Notes: generated from the sequence alone by a model not told the origin. DNA of 50,933 bases from Oopsacas minuta (GCA_024704765.1 JAKMXF010000048.1:1-50933); one strand, 5' to 3'. Positions 23,700-36,869 are shown, counted from the first letter of the stretch. Numbers and translations: made by a program.

Positions 23700-24360
23700 A
23701 TGGCTTTTATTACATCTAATATCGATCTCTCTAACTAGTTCAGACTAAATATTCAATCGATCTTGCGACATTGTACTCCTCAGATAATTCTGGACAGCTT
23801 GAGTTTGCTAAAATATCTTCACAATTTCCGGAACAGTGAGAATAATTTTATCAGGATTTCAATGTTACTAACTTCCATATCAACTGTAGCATTTCTTGCC
23901 TGGATGATTTATTACAAGTATCAATATGCGCTAAATCTTGAACCAGATTGATGACATTAGGATGCAACGGAAGGATGAAACATATTTAATAGTTCCATCC
24001 ACTTCAGTTCTAATTTTCGGAGTTAATTTAAGTTCCAAAAGTTCTTTAAGTGCCTCTTTAATACCATTTAGGTTAGCTGCAAAATGTTTCAAACTGCTTA
24101 TTCTCTCTGACCACCTAGCCCCAGACGGAATATGTAGGGATTCGTTGTGGCATTGTTTTCGGATAATATCCCTTCTCTTAGTATATATAAGATTGAATTG
24201 AGCCAATTAAATTAATCGCTTCTTAACAACATTCTGCAGAATCGGTACAGCATAGATTCAAAGTGTGACAACCACAAGTTGATAAAATGGCGAATGATTC
24301 TCTTGAATTATACACTTCAAAATCCATTCCTCCATGCCTGATGTAAGAGATTGCTGCTAC
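23700..24360 (-). mobile_element. hAT transposase fragment
   Basis: CGCHTLNL..D.AECC, GARWSERISSLK, LMSSIWFKI; disrupted; boundaries approximate. Confidence 0.7.
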
Positions 24361-24690
24361 CTCTATACAGGACCGTCAGGTTGACCAAAATAGTGGGGGG
24401 CCGTTGCAGTCACTACTCATTTTACGTTTAACAACACAAATTATACTTAATAGTAAAATGAATTTTATATCGAATTTAATGACTTTGTCAACAAATATGA
24501 CTTGTATAATTGAGAAATTCAGACTATAGCATATTTAGTCAATCCTTTAGTTTATTTCTATATTGATTAATGAATGAATCTATAATTGGGGTATTTCTTA
24601 ATTGAACAATAAGAGGGTTGGTGTGAATAATATATACAGAATGTGTTTCAATTCTAAATACAAACAGTCAAGTACTCTATTAGGCCTAAC

Positions 24691-24942
24691 TTGGTATCTT
24701 TCCTCAAGCTTTACCTTCTTCTCCCTTGCACGTCATGTTCCACCGAACGAGGATTTAGCTGCTTAAGACGTATAAAAACCTATCTTCGCAGCACTATGAA
24801 GGAAGATAGATTGAATGCATGCGGTTTATGCAACATGCATACAGAAAGTTTGGACCAACTTGATATTGACACATTCACTGACGAATGGGTTAATAGGATT
24901 GAGGCCGGGATGGATCGATTGTGCTCAGTAAAGATTGTTTGA
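24691..24942 (+). mobile_element. hAT C-terminal dimerisation-domain fragment
   Basis: LKLYLLLPCTSCSTERGFSCLRRIKTYLRSTMKEDRLN. Confidence 0.85.
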
Positions 24943-25299
24943 AATTATTAAATCATATCAATAACTAATTGCTCATATTACAATCATTACAAATACATAA
25001 ATACCAATTTTTAAATCGGTTAAAAGTAGTAAGTATTACAATCATGTACCATACATATTTATTTGGAGTACATTGGATAAACTATTAAATTGGAATATTA
25101 AAATATCTTTCAAGTGAGCATAATATTTCAAAGAAATTGGGGGGGCAGCCCCTGACACCTCTGCCTCTATGTAAATTTCACATGAATACAATCTCTACAT
25201 CAAGGCTGGGGAGTCCAGAGACTTCAGAACCCCCTAAGGTACCCAAACTTGGCGCCGATGTAAATATAAGTAATCTGATAATTTAGAATTTCTCTTACT

Positions 25300-27200
25300 A
25301 GGTGTATACTGTTATCTATTGTTGTACCTATACTATAATCGTGTCTAAAATTTCTAAAACAGGTTCATAGTGATTACCTGTATGTACAATATATATTGAT
25401 CCATTAGCATTAGTAGAGTATCGAAATGTATACCAAATTGAGATTTATAATGATAAGTGGTAGGATTCTCTTTCGTATCAGTCTCAAGTTCAAATGTTCC
25501 TACGTTTCTAGCTGTCTTTCTGTTTTATCAGTCACTAAAGCGTTTAACCCTACTAAACTAGAACTGACTATTTCGGTTGAATACTCAACAGATAAAACAT
25601 TACAAAGTAATGTGAAGAGTCGATTAATTTCTCTCATAGTAATACTTCTCAAAATTGCAGCAAAAAAAGACATGCAGTATTAGTTGCTTTAGAGTTTTAT
25701 AGATTCTAAATGTTTTTGTCATGTTATGACTCAACTTATGCCTTTTATGAACAGAACACAAAAGAATAACAGTTAGGACATCCACCGATATTGCGACTGT
25801 ATTTACAATTCACAAACAACTCCCTGAATACCCTAAAATATTAATTTATTAAGTGCGACACATGTGCTATGAATCAATGCCTAACTCTAATCTATTTCCA
25901 CTCTCGTTATGAATATTTCTTTGTGTAGAACTTTGAATTTAAATACCATTTGTTAAGGAAGTGGGTTATCGCAGTTCCTTGGCCCGAACCTATCATTTCT
26001 GCTTCTGGGATAGATGTAATGTGGTAATCGGGATGTTGTAGAGTTAAAGCATAATAATACATAGATTTGTGCAAAACTGAGGTTTACGGCTAATGGAACC
26101 TTTAGCATCCAGATGCAAAATTATATCTTTAGTTAAATATTTCAACACCTCTATCTGCCTCTTCATATATAGATGTATAATGAAGGGTTCCTTAACATAA
26201 TATTGAATGTAACCAGGTATTGGCATTTCACTCAATAAGTTACGATAATATTCTTGAGTCTTAGAAATATCTGTAATTATATAATTGGAAAATCTATTAG
26301 ATGATATAGCTTCAGTTTTTATCTGTCTCAATCATTCTTTAGACCTCATGTTAGAAAAATACCTCTACAATATTCCATTGAGCTACCTTGACAGTTGAAC
26401 TGTTCATGAAATATAATTGTGACAGATGTGTGCTAGAGACTTTCCCCATAAATTTTTCGAAAACTACCAGATATATGACGTGCATGTACAGTCTCTCCAT
26501 CAGAATGCTGCAAGGAGAGTGAATCACTTACTACATATTGTATTGTGATTGTATTCGTAGTTACAAACTCATCAAAACTAATTCAAATTTGTAACAATTA
26601 TAAAACTTACATTCAGCAGATGCTCAAAATAAGGGCGCATATATTTTGCAACTGGAAGACATTTTAATCCAATAATTGTTAAAAATTTAAGACACATGCT
26701 GGATATATTTTAGAAATTTATTGCTAAACACAGCTGTCTAATCTCTATTCAACCTTTCTCTACCTTGTAAATCGATAAAATGAATACTATCCCATTAACC
26801 AATCTCAAGAAGAAATTCACCATTGACGTTCGACTCTGGCGACATAAGAAATTCATCAGATTTATCAGATCACAGACTAATTGGTCATTAACTGCATTTG
26901 TAATAATATTGTTGCATTTGATAGGATCTTAATCTTTAAAATCCTCATCAACAGGAAGATGAGGAGTATTTTCAGGGCCAGGGGTTGGGGACAATCTGCG
27001 GAAATTTCTATTCCAGATATTCTAGCATTAATGCAATTAGTATAGACAGCTTTAAATGCCTCAATACTAATACATGAAAACTGGTTTCGCAATTTGACTA
27101 CCCAATGAATAAATGTACTCATCTCATCTTTGGTCAGAAGCAAGTACTTATTCTCAAACAAAATAGTTGATTTAGAACTATCCACATTAGCAACAAGGTT
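25300..27200 (-). mobile_element. Decayed NOF-like (Mutator-related) transposase
   Basis: RQIKTE..RFS..GYIQ..PFIIHLY..ILHLDAKGS, then I.ID.S.ALI, LCSVH and SQFGIHF motifs in broken frames; boundaries approximate. Confidence 0.6.
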
Positions 27201-27872
27201 GTCTGATCAATGACTTGATGTTCATACTGACTTTGGAACTTTATTTTCGAATGAACAACACTACAAATTCAATAATTTCAAATTGCCAAAAATTTTTGTT
27301 AGAATTTCGCTTCCGATAACGGTAAAAGCTACAACCATGTATATTCTATAATTCATTGAGTAATTCATAATGAGTCAACTGAGATCCAACAGTTGATATT
27401 GCAAAATCTGTATGCGTTACTATTGTTATAATGGGTTATAATGTTTCATTAAATTTTGTGCTTAGTCGTATATGCCAATACGAATTAGATCAGTCGCGGA
27501 ATATTCTGTCATGCCAAACTGGAAATCTTTAGATAATCCCAGGAATGATCATAAAGTGTGGGTAGCAAGTAGGTATGACATCCGCACAGGAGTGCTTGTG
27601 AAGTAGCTTCCTGATGCGTAGCTAACTACCAAGTAAACAGGGGTAAGGTAAGCTTTTACTGTCAGAGTGTTCTGTAGCTTCTAGTTATGTTGCAATCTTG
27701 TTCCTAGAACCCAATTCCCTAGAGCTACTAAATCTCCAAGAGAGTTCAAAGGACCGTATAATGTAAGTCTCGAGAAAAGCAAATATAAGTTCATTAAAAT
27801 TGGGACGGCCGGGCTACCTCTTCCGACAAAGCGACAGCCAGGGTTACCAGATGTTCTTTATAAAATAGGACG

Positions 27873-27942
27873 TAATTTAGGCTAGTCCAGGTTATATCCA
27901 GAGTTAAACTGGGTGGGAGGTTAATCTAGGCTATTATACAGG
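27873..27942 (+). repeat. Partial copy of the taatctaggct dispersed repeat family
   Basis: ctgggtgggaggttaatctaggctattatacagg matches 44229-44255 and the reverse complement of 50837-50875. Confidence 0.7.
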
Positions 27943-29060
27943 GTTATTCTAACTATTCTGACCTGCAAATAAATTATTAGAAATAACTCAGACCATTCCA
28001 AAATACTATTGCGGTACCACTAAATCATGTAGGATTCTATTCAAATTCGATATGCTGAATCAATACCGCATAGGAACATAAAAAGTAGCAAGCGAATTAA
28101 GTTTCTCATAAAAGGGGAAGCTGAAGCAGCCAGATATACATTTTGGGTCGGAGATTTCCCCTCAGGTATGAATTTTCTAAAGTGAATATTTTTCACACCT
28201 TTTTAGTGATTAATCATATTTTCACACCTTTCTATGTAAATATAGAAGCAAGCTAGAGAAGAGGTTTCAACATCTTGTCAGGGGTAACTAGGCGCGTAGA
28301 GTCCGATGTTAGGAATTTCAGAGTCAGAAACTTACAAATTCGCATCTTTTTGCATATTATTCAAACTAATGCTAAGGATCTCGTTTTAACTGCTAGTGAC
28401 GTGTAATCAAGTATGTAGATTTCAATTTTGACATTGTCAAATCTATATCTAAATGATTTATCATATTTTTACACCTTTTTGCAAATATTTCAAGTTGATG
28501 TTAGAGTTTTTCGTTTCAAACTTAGACAAGGTGATTGTAGGATAATTACTCGGAATTTTATCCATATGATTAGAGAATAGAAGATGAAGACATTAAAGGG
28601 AACGAATAATATTGAATATCCTGAAATATTTATCAGATCCAGGAGTCAAAAATGAGTCGGGTCCTGTACATTGCGGCATTTCATGGGGGTAGGGGGGGAG
28701 TGTCCCCCTGAATAGAATAAAAATATACAACATGAGTGCACTACCAGTCTGTCGGCTGGACATTATTTCTTCTTATATTGTAATACTAAGTATTTAGGTA
28801 TAGTAGTACATTACATATCAGTCACAAATTGCTTTCTTCAAGTGTGACTACACAATAATAGTTTATAAAGTTATCAAGTTGAGAAATTTGGTAGAGAGAT
28901 TGAGTATTGGTTGATCACATGTAAAGGAAAAGGAAAATATTAATACTAACATTAGATGAGTTACATGGCCTACTTATTACTAAATAGAATGTTAATGTAT
29001 GAAGATACTGACGAGTAATTATTTAGTATGAAATATTGTGTGTTAGTCACACAACTCAGT

Positions 29061-30653
29061 CTAATATTCTTCCAAACTCATCCAAATCTTAGGTTTTTCT
29101 CCCTTATTCTTCATTATTTTAGTTATACGAAATTTGGCTCCACTGGGGTATAGGAATTCCTCTTCACCTGGAAATTGAGACGCTTGTTTTATACTTTTTG
29201 CAGCATACTTTGTTTGGTGAGAATTATCGAATATAAATGTCACTGAGCCGAATGTTTCTGCCATACCATGATGAAGAGATGATGAACTAAAGCACAGCCA
29301 TGTAATTGGCTGTCCTACTTCATATTTCTCTATCTGTTCTTCTTTTAGACTCATTCCCCTGTATGTTGGTTCCCTAGTTGGTATCAGCTTACCCCAGTAC
29401 ATCAAGATCGAGTTAAGTAAAGCACCATATGCTGCTAAGCCTAAATCTTCACCTGTTATGAACGAAGCCTTACAACCATGTGTCAAAAAGGAAAAATTCA
29501 ATGCAGTATAGAATTTGCTAGAATAATCTGAGTTATTGATGCTACATTCCCTCGTATATAGTTGAATTACCCTACTGTAAAAACTACTCTTGGTTTCAGT
29601 TACTCCACTCAATATGTCACCATCTACTTTTCCCGTTGCGAGGAAGCAAGCATCGCTTATATCAAGTGATTGTAACTGAAGAGAAATCTCTTTTCTGCCT
29701 ATTTCCCATCTATCTCCAGTATTGATGAAATCAAAGATATCCAGCATAAGGTTTGAGTATAGCAGAGATGCTTTTGATTGTAGATTTTTTGGATAAAGAA
29801 CGTTTTCAAAGCAGTTTAACATCAATAAAATTGACTCAACTTGTATATCTTTCTCAGAATCAATTTTCACTAAAGTTTCCATTGAGCGTCGCTTCAACTC
29901 TATAGTTTTATCCTCTTGATGCTTACTGATTAATTCTTTTACTTGTACATCTTTAGCTATTTCTCTAGCAGTAGTACCAGGTTCAACTTTCCCGTCTCGT
30001 GATAACTTCGTTCTCAAAAATGGGTCACATTTAGGATTTTGCAAGATATTTTCAATAGCTTCGTAATTGTTGAAGTATGCAGCTTGATGTATTAGCCCCC
30101 AAGCTCTATGAGCTGGGATATAGTTCACTATCCCAGGATAATTTTTCAATATTTTCAACGCTTCGTTGAAATTTCCCCGTTTAGCGTGCTCTATCATCAT
30201 ATCGGTCTCTTTCGGAATCAATATGCGTTCACGAATTCTGTATTTGCTTAACTTCGCCAGTGCAATCACTAAATCAAATTGTAACTCTTTCTTAGGATCA
30301 ATTCCGCTGTGATTGAAGAAATTTTGTATTGACTGGTTTGCAGCACTTACTTCTTTTTGACCGATTTGTATATCTTTTTGTAAGAAAGTTAGAGGATCAA
30401 ATTGTATTACATTTTCTAGATCTTTAAAGTATTCAGGGTTTTCGTTTGCTGCATCTACATGTTTGTGAATGATTTCTTTTTCTTTTTCCATCGCAAGTTG
30501 AGCCTTTCCTTCTTTATCTCGAAAGAACTCGGGTGTTGTCTCATCATGAGTATGAAATACTCCTTGACCTGTCCATCCTAATGAGTATCCAAGTGCACAA
30601 TAAGAACAATTATTATTTGCGTCCCCTGCAACTCCTGGAAAGTGATTACCCAT
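29061..30653 (-). CDS. Ankyrin-like repeat + C-terminal R-S-E type (ARTC/arginine-specific-like) ADP-ribosyltransferase, 530 aa
   Basis: FYTALN, TYRGM (R), WLCFSSSS (S), SQFPGEEEFLYP (ExE) and FRI; ankyrin-like WGLIHQAAYFNNYEAIENIL..CDP and GTTAREIA; uninterrupted ORF. Confidence 0.85.
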   Translation of the reverse strand: MGNHFPGVAGDANNNCSYCALGYSLGWTGQGVFHTHDETTPEFFRDKEGKAQLAMEKEKEIIHKHVDAANENPEYFKDLENVIQFDPLTFLQKDIQIGQKEVSAANQSIQNFFNHSGIDPKKELQFDLVIALAKLSKYRIRERILIPKETDMMIEHAKRGNFNEALKILKNYPGIVNYIPAHRAWGLIHQAAYFNNYEAIENILQNPKCDPFLRTKLSRDGKVEPGTTAREIAKDVQVKELISKHQEDKTIELKRRSMETLVKIDSEKDIQVESILLMLNCFENVLYPKNLQSKASLLYSNLMLDIFDFINTGDRWEIGRKEISLQLQSLDISDACFLATGKVDGDILSGVTETKSSFYSRVIQLYTRECSINNSDYSSKFYTALNFSFLTHGCKASFITGEDLGLAAYGALLNSILMYWGKLIPTREPTYRGMSLKEEQIEKYEVGQPITWLCFSSSSLHHGMAETFGSVTFIFDNSHQTKYAAKSIKQASQFPGEEEFLYPSGAKFRITKIMKNKGEKPKIWMSLEEY

Positions 30654-31094
30654 TGCTAACTATATTATTAGAACTCAATAATTGTATGATAATAAATATA
30701 TACAACTCAAACTTCTATCATGTGTATTGGCTGAGGTTGTGCCAATACACATGATAGGAGTTTGAAAAGAGAATCACAGGTACCCCTCAATGTAACAAAT
30801 AACCTGACTGCTTGTTTCTTACTAATGATGAACTAACTCATCAAGGGATTATTACATCATAATGAGTGGACCAAAATCAAAATTTTAGAATTTCTTAATA
30901 CCCGAGTCACGAAGTGCCGAGATTACTATCCAAAAGCGACATAGCATCTCCAGTGTCACCATAGAAGGTCATTGAATGTAATTGGGATGGATCATGAATA
31001 AGAAAATCTTAGAATTTTAACTATTCTGTGAATTTGAGGTACGTAGTGTGGAGTTTATTCTGTCGCCTAGCGACTAATAACACTATAAAATTTA

Positions 31095-31165
31095 CCTGTT
31101 TAATCCTTAAGCTAACCTGAAGTACTTAGCTGTCCTGCAGCGACCTAGCTAGAGAAGTGCGTTAG
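31095..31165 (+). repeat. Dispersed repeat resembling a Helitron 3' end (second copy 33113-33180)
   Basis: cttaagctaacctga..tagctgtc..cagcgacctagc..g(c)gaag..g(c/t)tag|t; copy 2 ends CTAG|T after a small ctagc..gctag stem. Confidence 0.4.
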
Positions 31166-31185
31166 TAAGTAAGTAATACGAGTGG

Positions 31186-31218
31186 GAAGTGACCCTAGTA
31201 TTATACTAGGGTCACTTC
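31186..31218. repeat. Perfect 33-bp palindrome
   Basis: gaagtgaccctagtat-t-atactagggtcacttc. Confidence 0.95.
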
Positions 31219-31829
31219 TACCCTATTTAACGAAATGAGTATCATTCGAAAGGGGAGACTTGGACGTTTTACGCAGTGTTGAGTTTTGAACATTTGTACT
31301 TTTATAGTCACTTTTAAGGTTCGAGTTTTTAGGGTCAGTCTCCCTTGAATTTACCCATCGAAATTCAGAATTCTATTCTGAAATTCTCTATGCTTACTTG
31401 GGTAATTTGGACGTTTTGAGGAAATTACATTTCATTAAAAAATATTAACAACTCGCGTACCTAGAGACATTCACATTTTTCGTCCTGAATGGTGGTGAAT
31501 CATATCCTACATAAAGTAGGGTCAGTTCAAACTCATTTTTCTTACCATTAATCCACTCAATTTCAATTATTTTATGCTAATCTATAGTTGAGATTAGACG
31601 TTTATGAGATACAATATTATCGTGAAACACTTAAAATTATCACCAGTAATGGCCTTCGAAAAATGGATAAATTCACAGCGAGGGTTTTTCTCACAGGGGT
31701 GTAGTCTTCAACAAAACAGCTTTATCTGTCTCTAAAATGAGTTCTTAATGAACTTCATTATGATTTAAATATATTGAGACTTCAGGATTTGCTGGAGGCG
31801 ATTCTAGGACACCATTCACTTTAAGCCCT

Positions 31830-32950
31830 TTAATCGAAAAATCCATTTGGGTGTTTCCCATAGTTGCCTTTAAAATCCAAACATCTGTTTGCAATAACAA
31901 AGCAACCGCAAATAATTACACATCAGTTCCCCAAGGTGTGCTTTTATGCTTATTCATTTTGATAATATAGACATTAACATTTCTGTAATTTATTACAGAT
32001 CGTGGAAATATATTTTCGAGAAATTTATTTAGAGGTTCTTTCAAATTTCCAACTACATTATCAGTAATTGGTGATCGAATTTTGATGGAAATTATTAGTA
32101 TTTCCTGTCATCCAAAATGCTAGTGAAGAAGAGAAAAATGTTTAACTATCCTATACCAATTTTCAACACTTGCGTTGCTGTCTGTTGAAACATTACCTAA
32201 TGTATTCATTATAAATAATTATTCCACTCCACAAGGGTAACAATGACCAATGGCATATAATATGTGAATAGAAATCAATCATTCCAGGATAGTAACATAC
32301 ATTATTTCTTTTACTTGAGAATTACTAACTGCAATATCAAGGTTAATCTCAATAACCTTGATATTGGATTTAGTACTCTCATAAATCTTTTCGAAATGCT
32401 TATCAAAGGGAGACGTTTGCCTTAAAGTTATGGCATTATATTTTACAGTTGTTTCATTCTCAATTTCCTCAGCTATTTCATTACTTAAAGCATCTATACC
32501 AGGCTTGGACCGGGTCACTATTTTCAATAAATTTCGGGTCTGAACCGGGTCACTGATTTTGATTTGACCCGGTTTATATCCTTATAGATAATTAAATTAT
32601 ATAGGTTTGTAAAATCATAAAGATTCAGTAAATATTAGTCAGACGTTTCATTTTCATGAATCATTAGTATTTTTACTAAACTTACCATCCCCTTCTACAA
32701 ATCTCCCTGGATTTTCATTGTCAAATCCCTGGATATTCAAACTTAGGAAAATCTAATCATTATCAAATTGCATGAAAATAGAAAATTAATGTTTTGAAAA
32801 ACTGAGTCACCGAGTCAGAGGTTTCAACCTGATCTACCGGGTCACCGGACCAGAGCTTACCGGGTCAGGAAATCATGACCCGGTCCAAGCCTGATCTATA
32901 CTATTAAAACGCAATTAATCTATGTGTTATGTTTGTGTGTCTAGAATTGA
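31830..32950 (-). mobile_element. Decayed NOF-like transposase, C-terminal part, interrupted by a MITE
   Basis: SPFDKHF, LLPLWSGII and SNASVENWYRIVK motifs in broken frames; boundaries approximate. Confidence 0.55.
32500..32893. mobile_element. hAT-type MITE (394 bp)
   Basis: Perfect 18-bp TIR caggcttggaccgggtca; perfect 8-bp TSD ATCTATAC (32492-32499, 32894-32901); internal ccgggtca subterminal repeats. Confidence 0.92.
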
Positions 32951-34239
32951 TTGAAGAAACTGGAAGCCTCCAGTGCTGATTTTTGGCATACAGGGGTATT
33001 TTGGACCTGGCTCGGACAAGTTCGAGTCTTGGACGAAAATTCTAAAAGTAAAAAAAGGTGACATCATTGAATATATATGATAGAAGTGACCAAAGCATCA
33101 AAAAATGTAGCCGTTTAATACTTAAGCTAACCTGAGGCCCTAAGCTGTCGCACAGCGACCTAGCAAGCGAAGCAGGCTAGTAATTAAATATTTTGTTAGA
33201 GCATGAAGGCGGTTTACTAATTAGGTACCCAGTAACATCAAAATATGAAACTACAGCATGTGCCCTAAATAAAATTAAGAGTACTATTCGTTTGTTACCG
33301 GAGTTGTTGTTGCATTTTAAACACAGTCTGTGTCTCTAGATGGGTTTATTGCGAGAATAGACCTTTTTGCAGATGGATCCCCAAATGGAATTAGATATTA
33401 TAGAACTAACAGACGTCTTGTGAATCAAAGCCTCGAAAGAACGAAACGTTGAGACCATGAAGCTAACCACTAAAATTATATCCTTGGTAATTCTAAAAAT
33501 TTGTAAGTAATTTAACTATCCATACAAAATTATGGAATAAATGACTTTAGTTAATAAATTTAATTAATTACCTTGTTCGTGATGAGTATCTTATGGATTG
33601 ATCTCAATGCCGCCAATGATGAGAAGAATAGATATGATGAGGCACAAAGAGCAGTCAGTAGGACAGATGAAGTCGCAATAAACAGAACCAGAGAATCAAA
33701 AGATATTCCGGCAAAATTTGAGCATGCACTTACCCGTTAGAGAGTGTAAGTCAACACGAGCACGCAACAATTCGAGAGAAATCATGTCACAGTAATGTCA
33801 AATATACATAAAATCAGAAAAGAACAATGATATCGGAAAATATCGAACAATTAAAATTAATGGAAGAATAAGAAATACAAATATTGCAATAAAAGCTAAA
33901 ATGAGCAAAAAGAACAAATCAAAACAGAGGGATTGTAGAAAATTGTTCTATTGATTAAGTGATTATCTTTATCACCATACGACAATAAGCATATATACTT
34001 CCTAGGATAAAATTAGATGTGTTATTTCCGAAGAAAAATACCATAAGATTGACGCAAGTGTTACTATTGTAACTACACATATTAAGTATTTACTTGTATG
34101 CACAAGAATGAAGTTTAAGCGATATCTCATAAGCTCTCTCAGAGAGGTCTATATTAAATTGCCAATGAGATAAATATGTAACTATGTTTAGTATTGTTTA
34201 TTAATTAACCAATTAACCAATTAAATTTAACTACTATTA

Positions 34240-36329
34240 CACTGCCCTGCGTCAAATTTGCTGATTATTATCCATGGGTTGTTTTTAGTTAACTTGAGTA
34301 TGCTGATTCTCAATCTGTCATCAGAATTCCCCTATCACGTCTCGTTTTTACTCAAATGTCATTTTAATGTAAGTCGATTTTTTTAAGTACACTTCCCTAG
34401 AATAAATTATTATATTTGATACATGTGTGAATTTTTGTCTTTTGAAATAAACAGATGCGTGCTTTATTGCATTTTCTAATTAGTCCCTTTAACTCCATTC
34501 TTTTCTACATAATTTGTTTTATTTTTATTTTTGTTATATACAGCTTTATTGTACTATAGTCTACTATTTTGATATTTTATTATCATATGGCTTATCGGAG
34601 AAGGTGCAGTAATGATCCAGACGTCTTTTGTTATATTTGTGGGAGTTTTATGACTTCTAAACAAACTACGGCAATAACAGGATTTGTTAAAAAAGCATAT
34701 TTAGAATATTTTGGAATGAGATTAGGTGATCAAGACAAAACATGGGCTCCACATACAGTGTGCCGATCTTGTGTAGAAAATTTGAGACAATGGACAAAAG
34801 GAATCAGAAAGAGTTTAAGTTTTGGAATTCCAATGATATGGAGAGAGCCACAAAATCACATTAGCGATTGTTACTTTTGTATGGCGAATATTTCCGGATT
34901 CAATGCTAAAACCAAGTTATTGATCAAGTATCCAAATTTACATTCAGCAATACGACCCGTTCCCCATTCTATTGATGTACCTGTTCCAAAATTTACTAAT
35001 TTGGGTGTTATCTCGGAAATTGATGATTGTGAAACTAGAGATTCATTAATTAGAGAAGATGAGGATTTTATTCCGTGTGTACTATCTCGTTCTAATTCTC
35101 CACAGTTATTTAATCAGTCTGAATTAAATGATTTGGTACGTGATTTAGATTTACCTAAAGAATCTGCGGAGTTGTTAGGTTCTAGGCTAAAAGAAAAAAA
35201 CTTGCTTCTCCCAGAAACAAAATTTTACTCATATAGGAACAGAGAGATCGAATTTTTGAAATATTTCATAATGGAAGACGGATTTGTGTTTTGTCATGAT
35301 GTTTCACCGCTAGTTAATGCTCTTGGATGTCCGTATGTACCTAATGATTGGAGACAATTTATTGATCGTTCAAAACAAAGTTTGAAATGTGTTCTACTTC
35401 ATAATGGCAACAAATTTAGTTCCATACCAATTGGACATTCAGTAAGTTTAAAGGAACGATATGATAACATGAAAATTGTGCTTCATAAAATTAATTATAA
35501 CCAGCACAATTGGGTAATCTGTGGTGACTCAATAATCATATGCATTCTTTTGGGACAGCAATCAGGATATACAAAATACCCTTGTTTTTTATGCTTATGG
35601 GACAGTCGTGCAAAGAGCGAACACTATTCTAGACAGAGCTGCCCAGCTAGAACCAATCTTAATGTTGGAGATAAGAACATTATTCACGAGCCTCTAGTGG
35701 ATCCTCTCAAGATTTTGCTTCCACCACTTCATATAAAATTAGGATTGATGAAACAGTTTGTAAGGGCATTAGATAAAGAAGGAAATTGTTTCAAATATAT
35801 TACCGAGAAGTTTTACTACCTAAGTGATGAAAAAAGAAAAGCCGGTATATTCGACGGTCCTCAGATAAGACAACTTGTTCGAGATGATAATTTTTCAAAT
35901 TTTATGATATGCAAAGAAAAATGTGCATGGAATGCATTTGTAAATGTCATGAAAAACTTCTTGGGGAAATACGAAATCTCCTAATTATAAAATACTTGTG
36001 AATGAGTTGATTGAATCTTACAAGAATCTCGGCTGCAATATGAGTGTAAAAGTTCACTTTCTTCACAGTCATATTGACTATTTTCCAGAGAATCTTGGAG
36101 CTGTTTCCGAGGAGCAAGGTGAACGATTCCACCAAGACATAAAAACAATGGAAACACGATATCAGGGGAGGTGGGACGTTCATATGATGGTTGATACTGC
36201 TGGTGCCTCAAGAGAGATTGTATTGATGTTATTCATGCTAGAATGTCAAAAAAACGGAAATTTACTCCTGATTCAGACTAATATATTCAAATTATTTATT
36301 AACTAAGATTATATTATCAATAAAAATTT
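34240..36329 (+). mobile_element. Chapaev3-like (CMC/Transib-related) DNA transposon, frameshifted transposase, right end lost at contig join
   Basis: Left end tta|CACTGCCC. ORF from 34587 has CSNDPDVFCYICG..WAPH..C..C..WREP.NH..DCYFC, CFLCLWDSR, LPPLHIKLGLMKQF and HFLHSH.DYFPENLGAVSEEQGERFHQDI..ME.RYQG. Frameshifts near 35965 and 36195; n at 36330. Confidence 0.7.
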
Positions 36330-36723
36330 NCCACATTGAGCTGGCCAACTCTAAATTGCTACTTGAATTCCTTTAAACATACGGTAGACTCCGCTCAATA
36401 GAACCACCGGTTAATCTGGCCAACACCTTTATCCAGTAATATAGGTGATAATTTAATCTCTGGATGGGTACTGTTTCGGTTAAGTAAACTAGTCATCCAC
36501 TTTTAAATATTGGCCTTGCTGGGATAGATCGGAATGATATCTGTAACAGATATTTTGTTCATTTAACTTTAATCATGATATTACGTAGGTCATGATTAAA
36601 TGAACTTCATACCACCCCTACACAATTATCCTACAAAATGGGGACATGAGGATACTTGCCAGTAGATATCCAATTTAGGCATTAGGTGTTAAGTAAAGTT
36701 TGAACCACTCCGTTTGTGCAAGG

Positions 36724-36858
36724 AAATTAACCCTTTGTAGGTTTTTATTTGATAACAAGTCAGATTCTACTTGTTGATAATCTGCAACTAACACTTCTCC
36801 ATTTGTATCAGTTGTTAGACCAAGAGGTAAATACACAACACCTTCCTTAACAACTAGT
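36724..36858 (-). pseudogene. Short NHL family B fragment
   Basis: Near-identical to 40677-40745 (aacacttctccatttgt.tcagttgttagaccaagagg..tacacaacaccttcctt). Confidence 0.7.
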
Positions 36859-36869
36859 TCGATGGGAAC

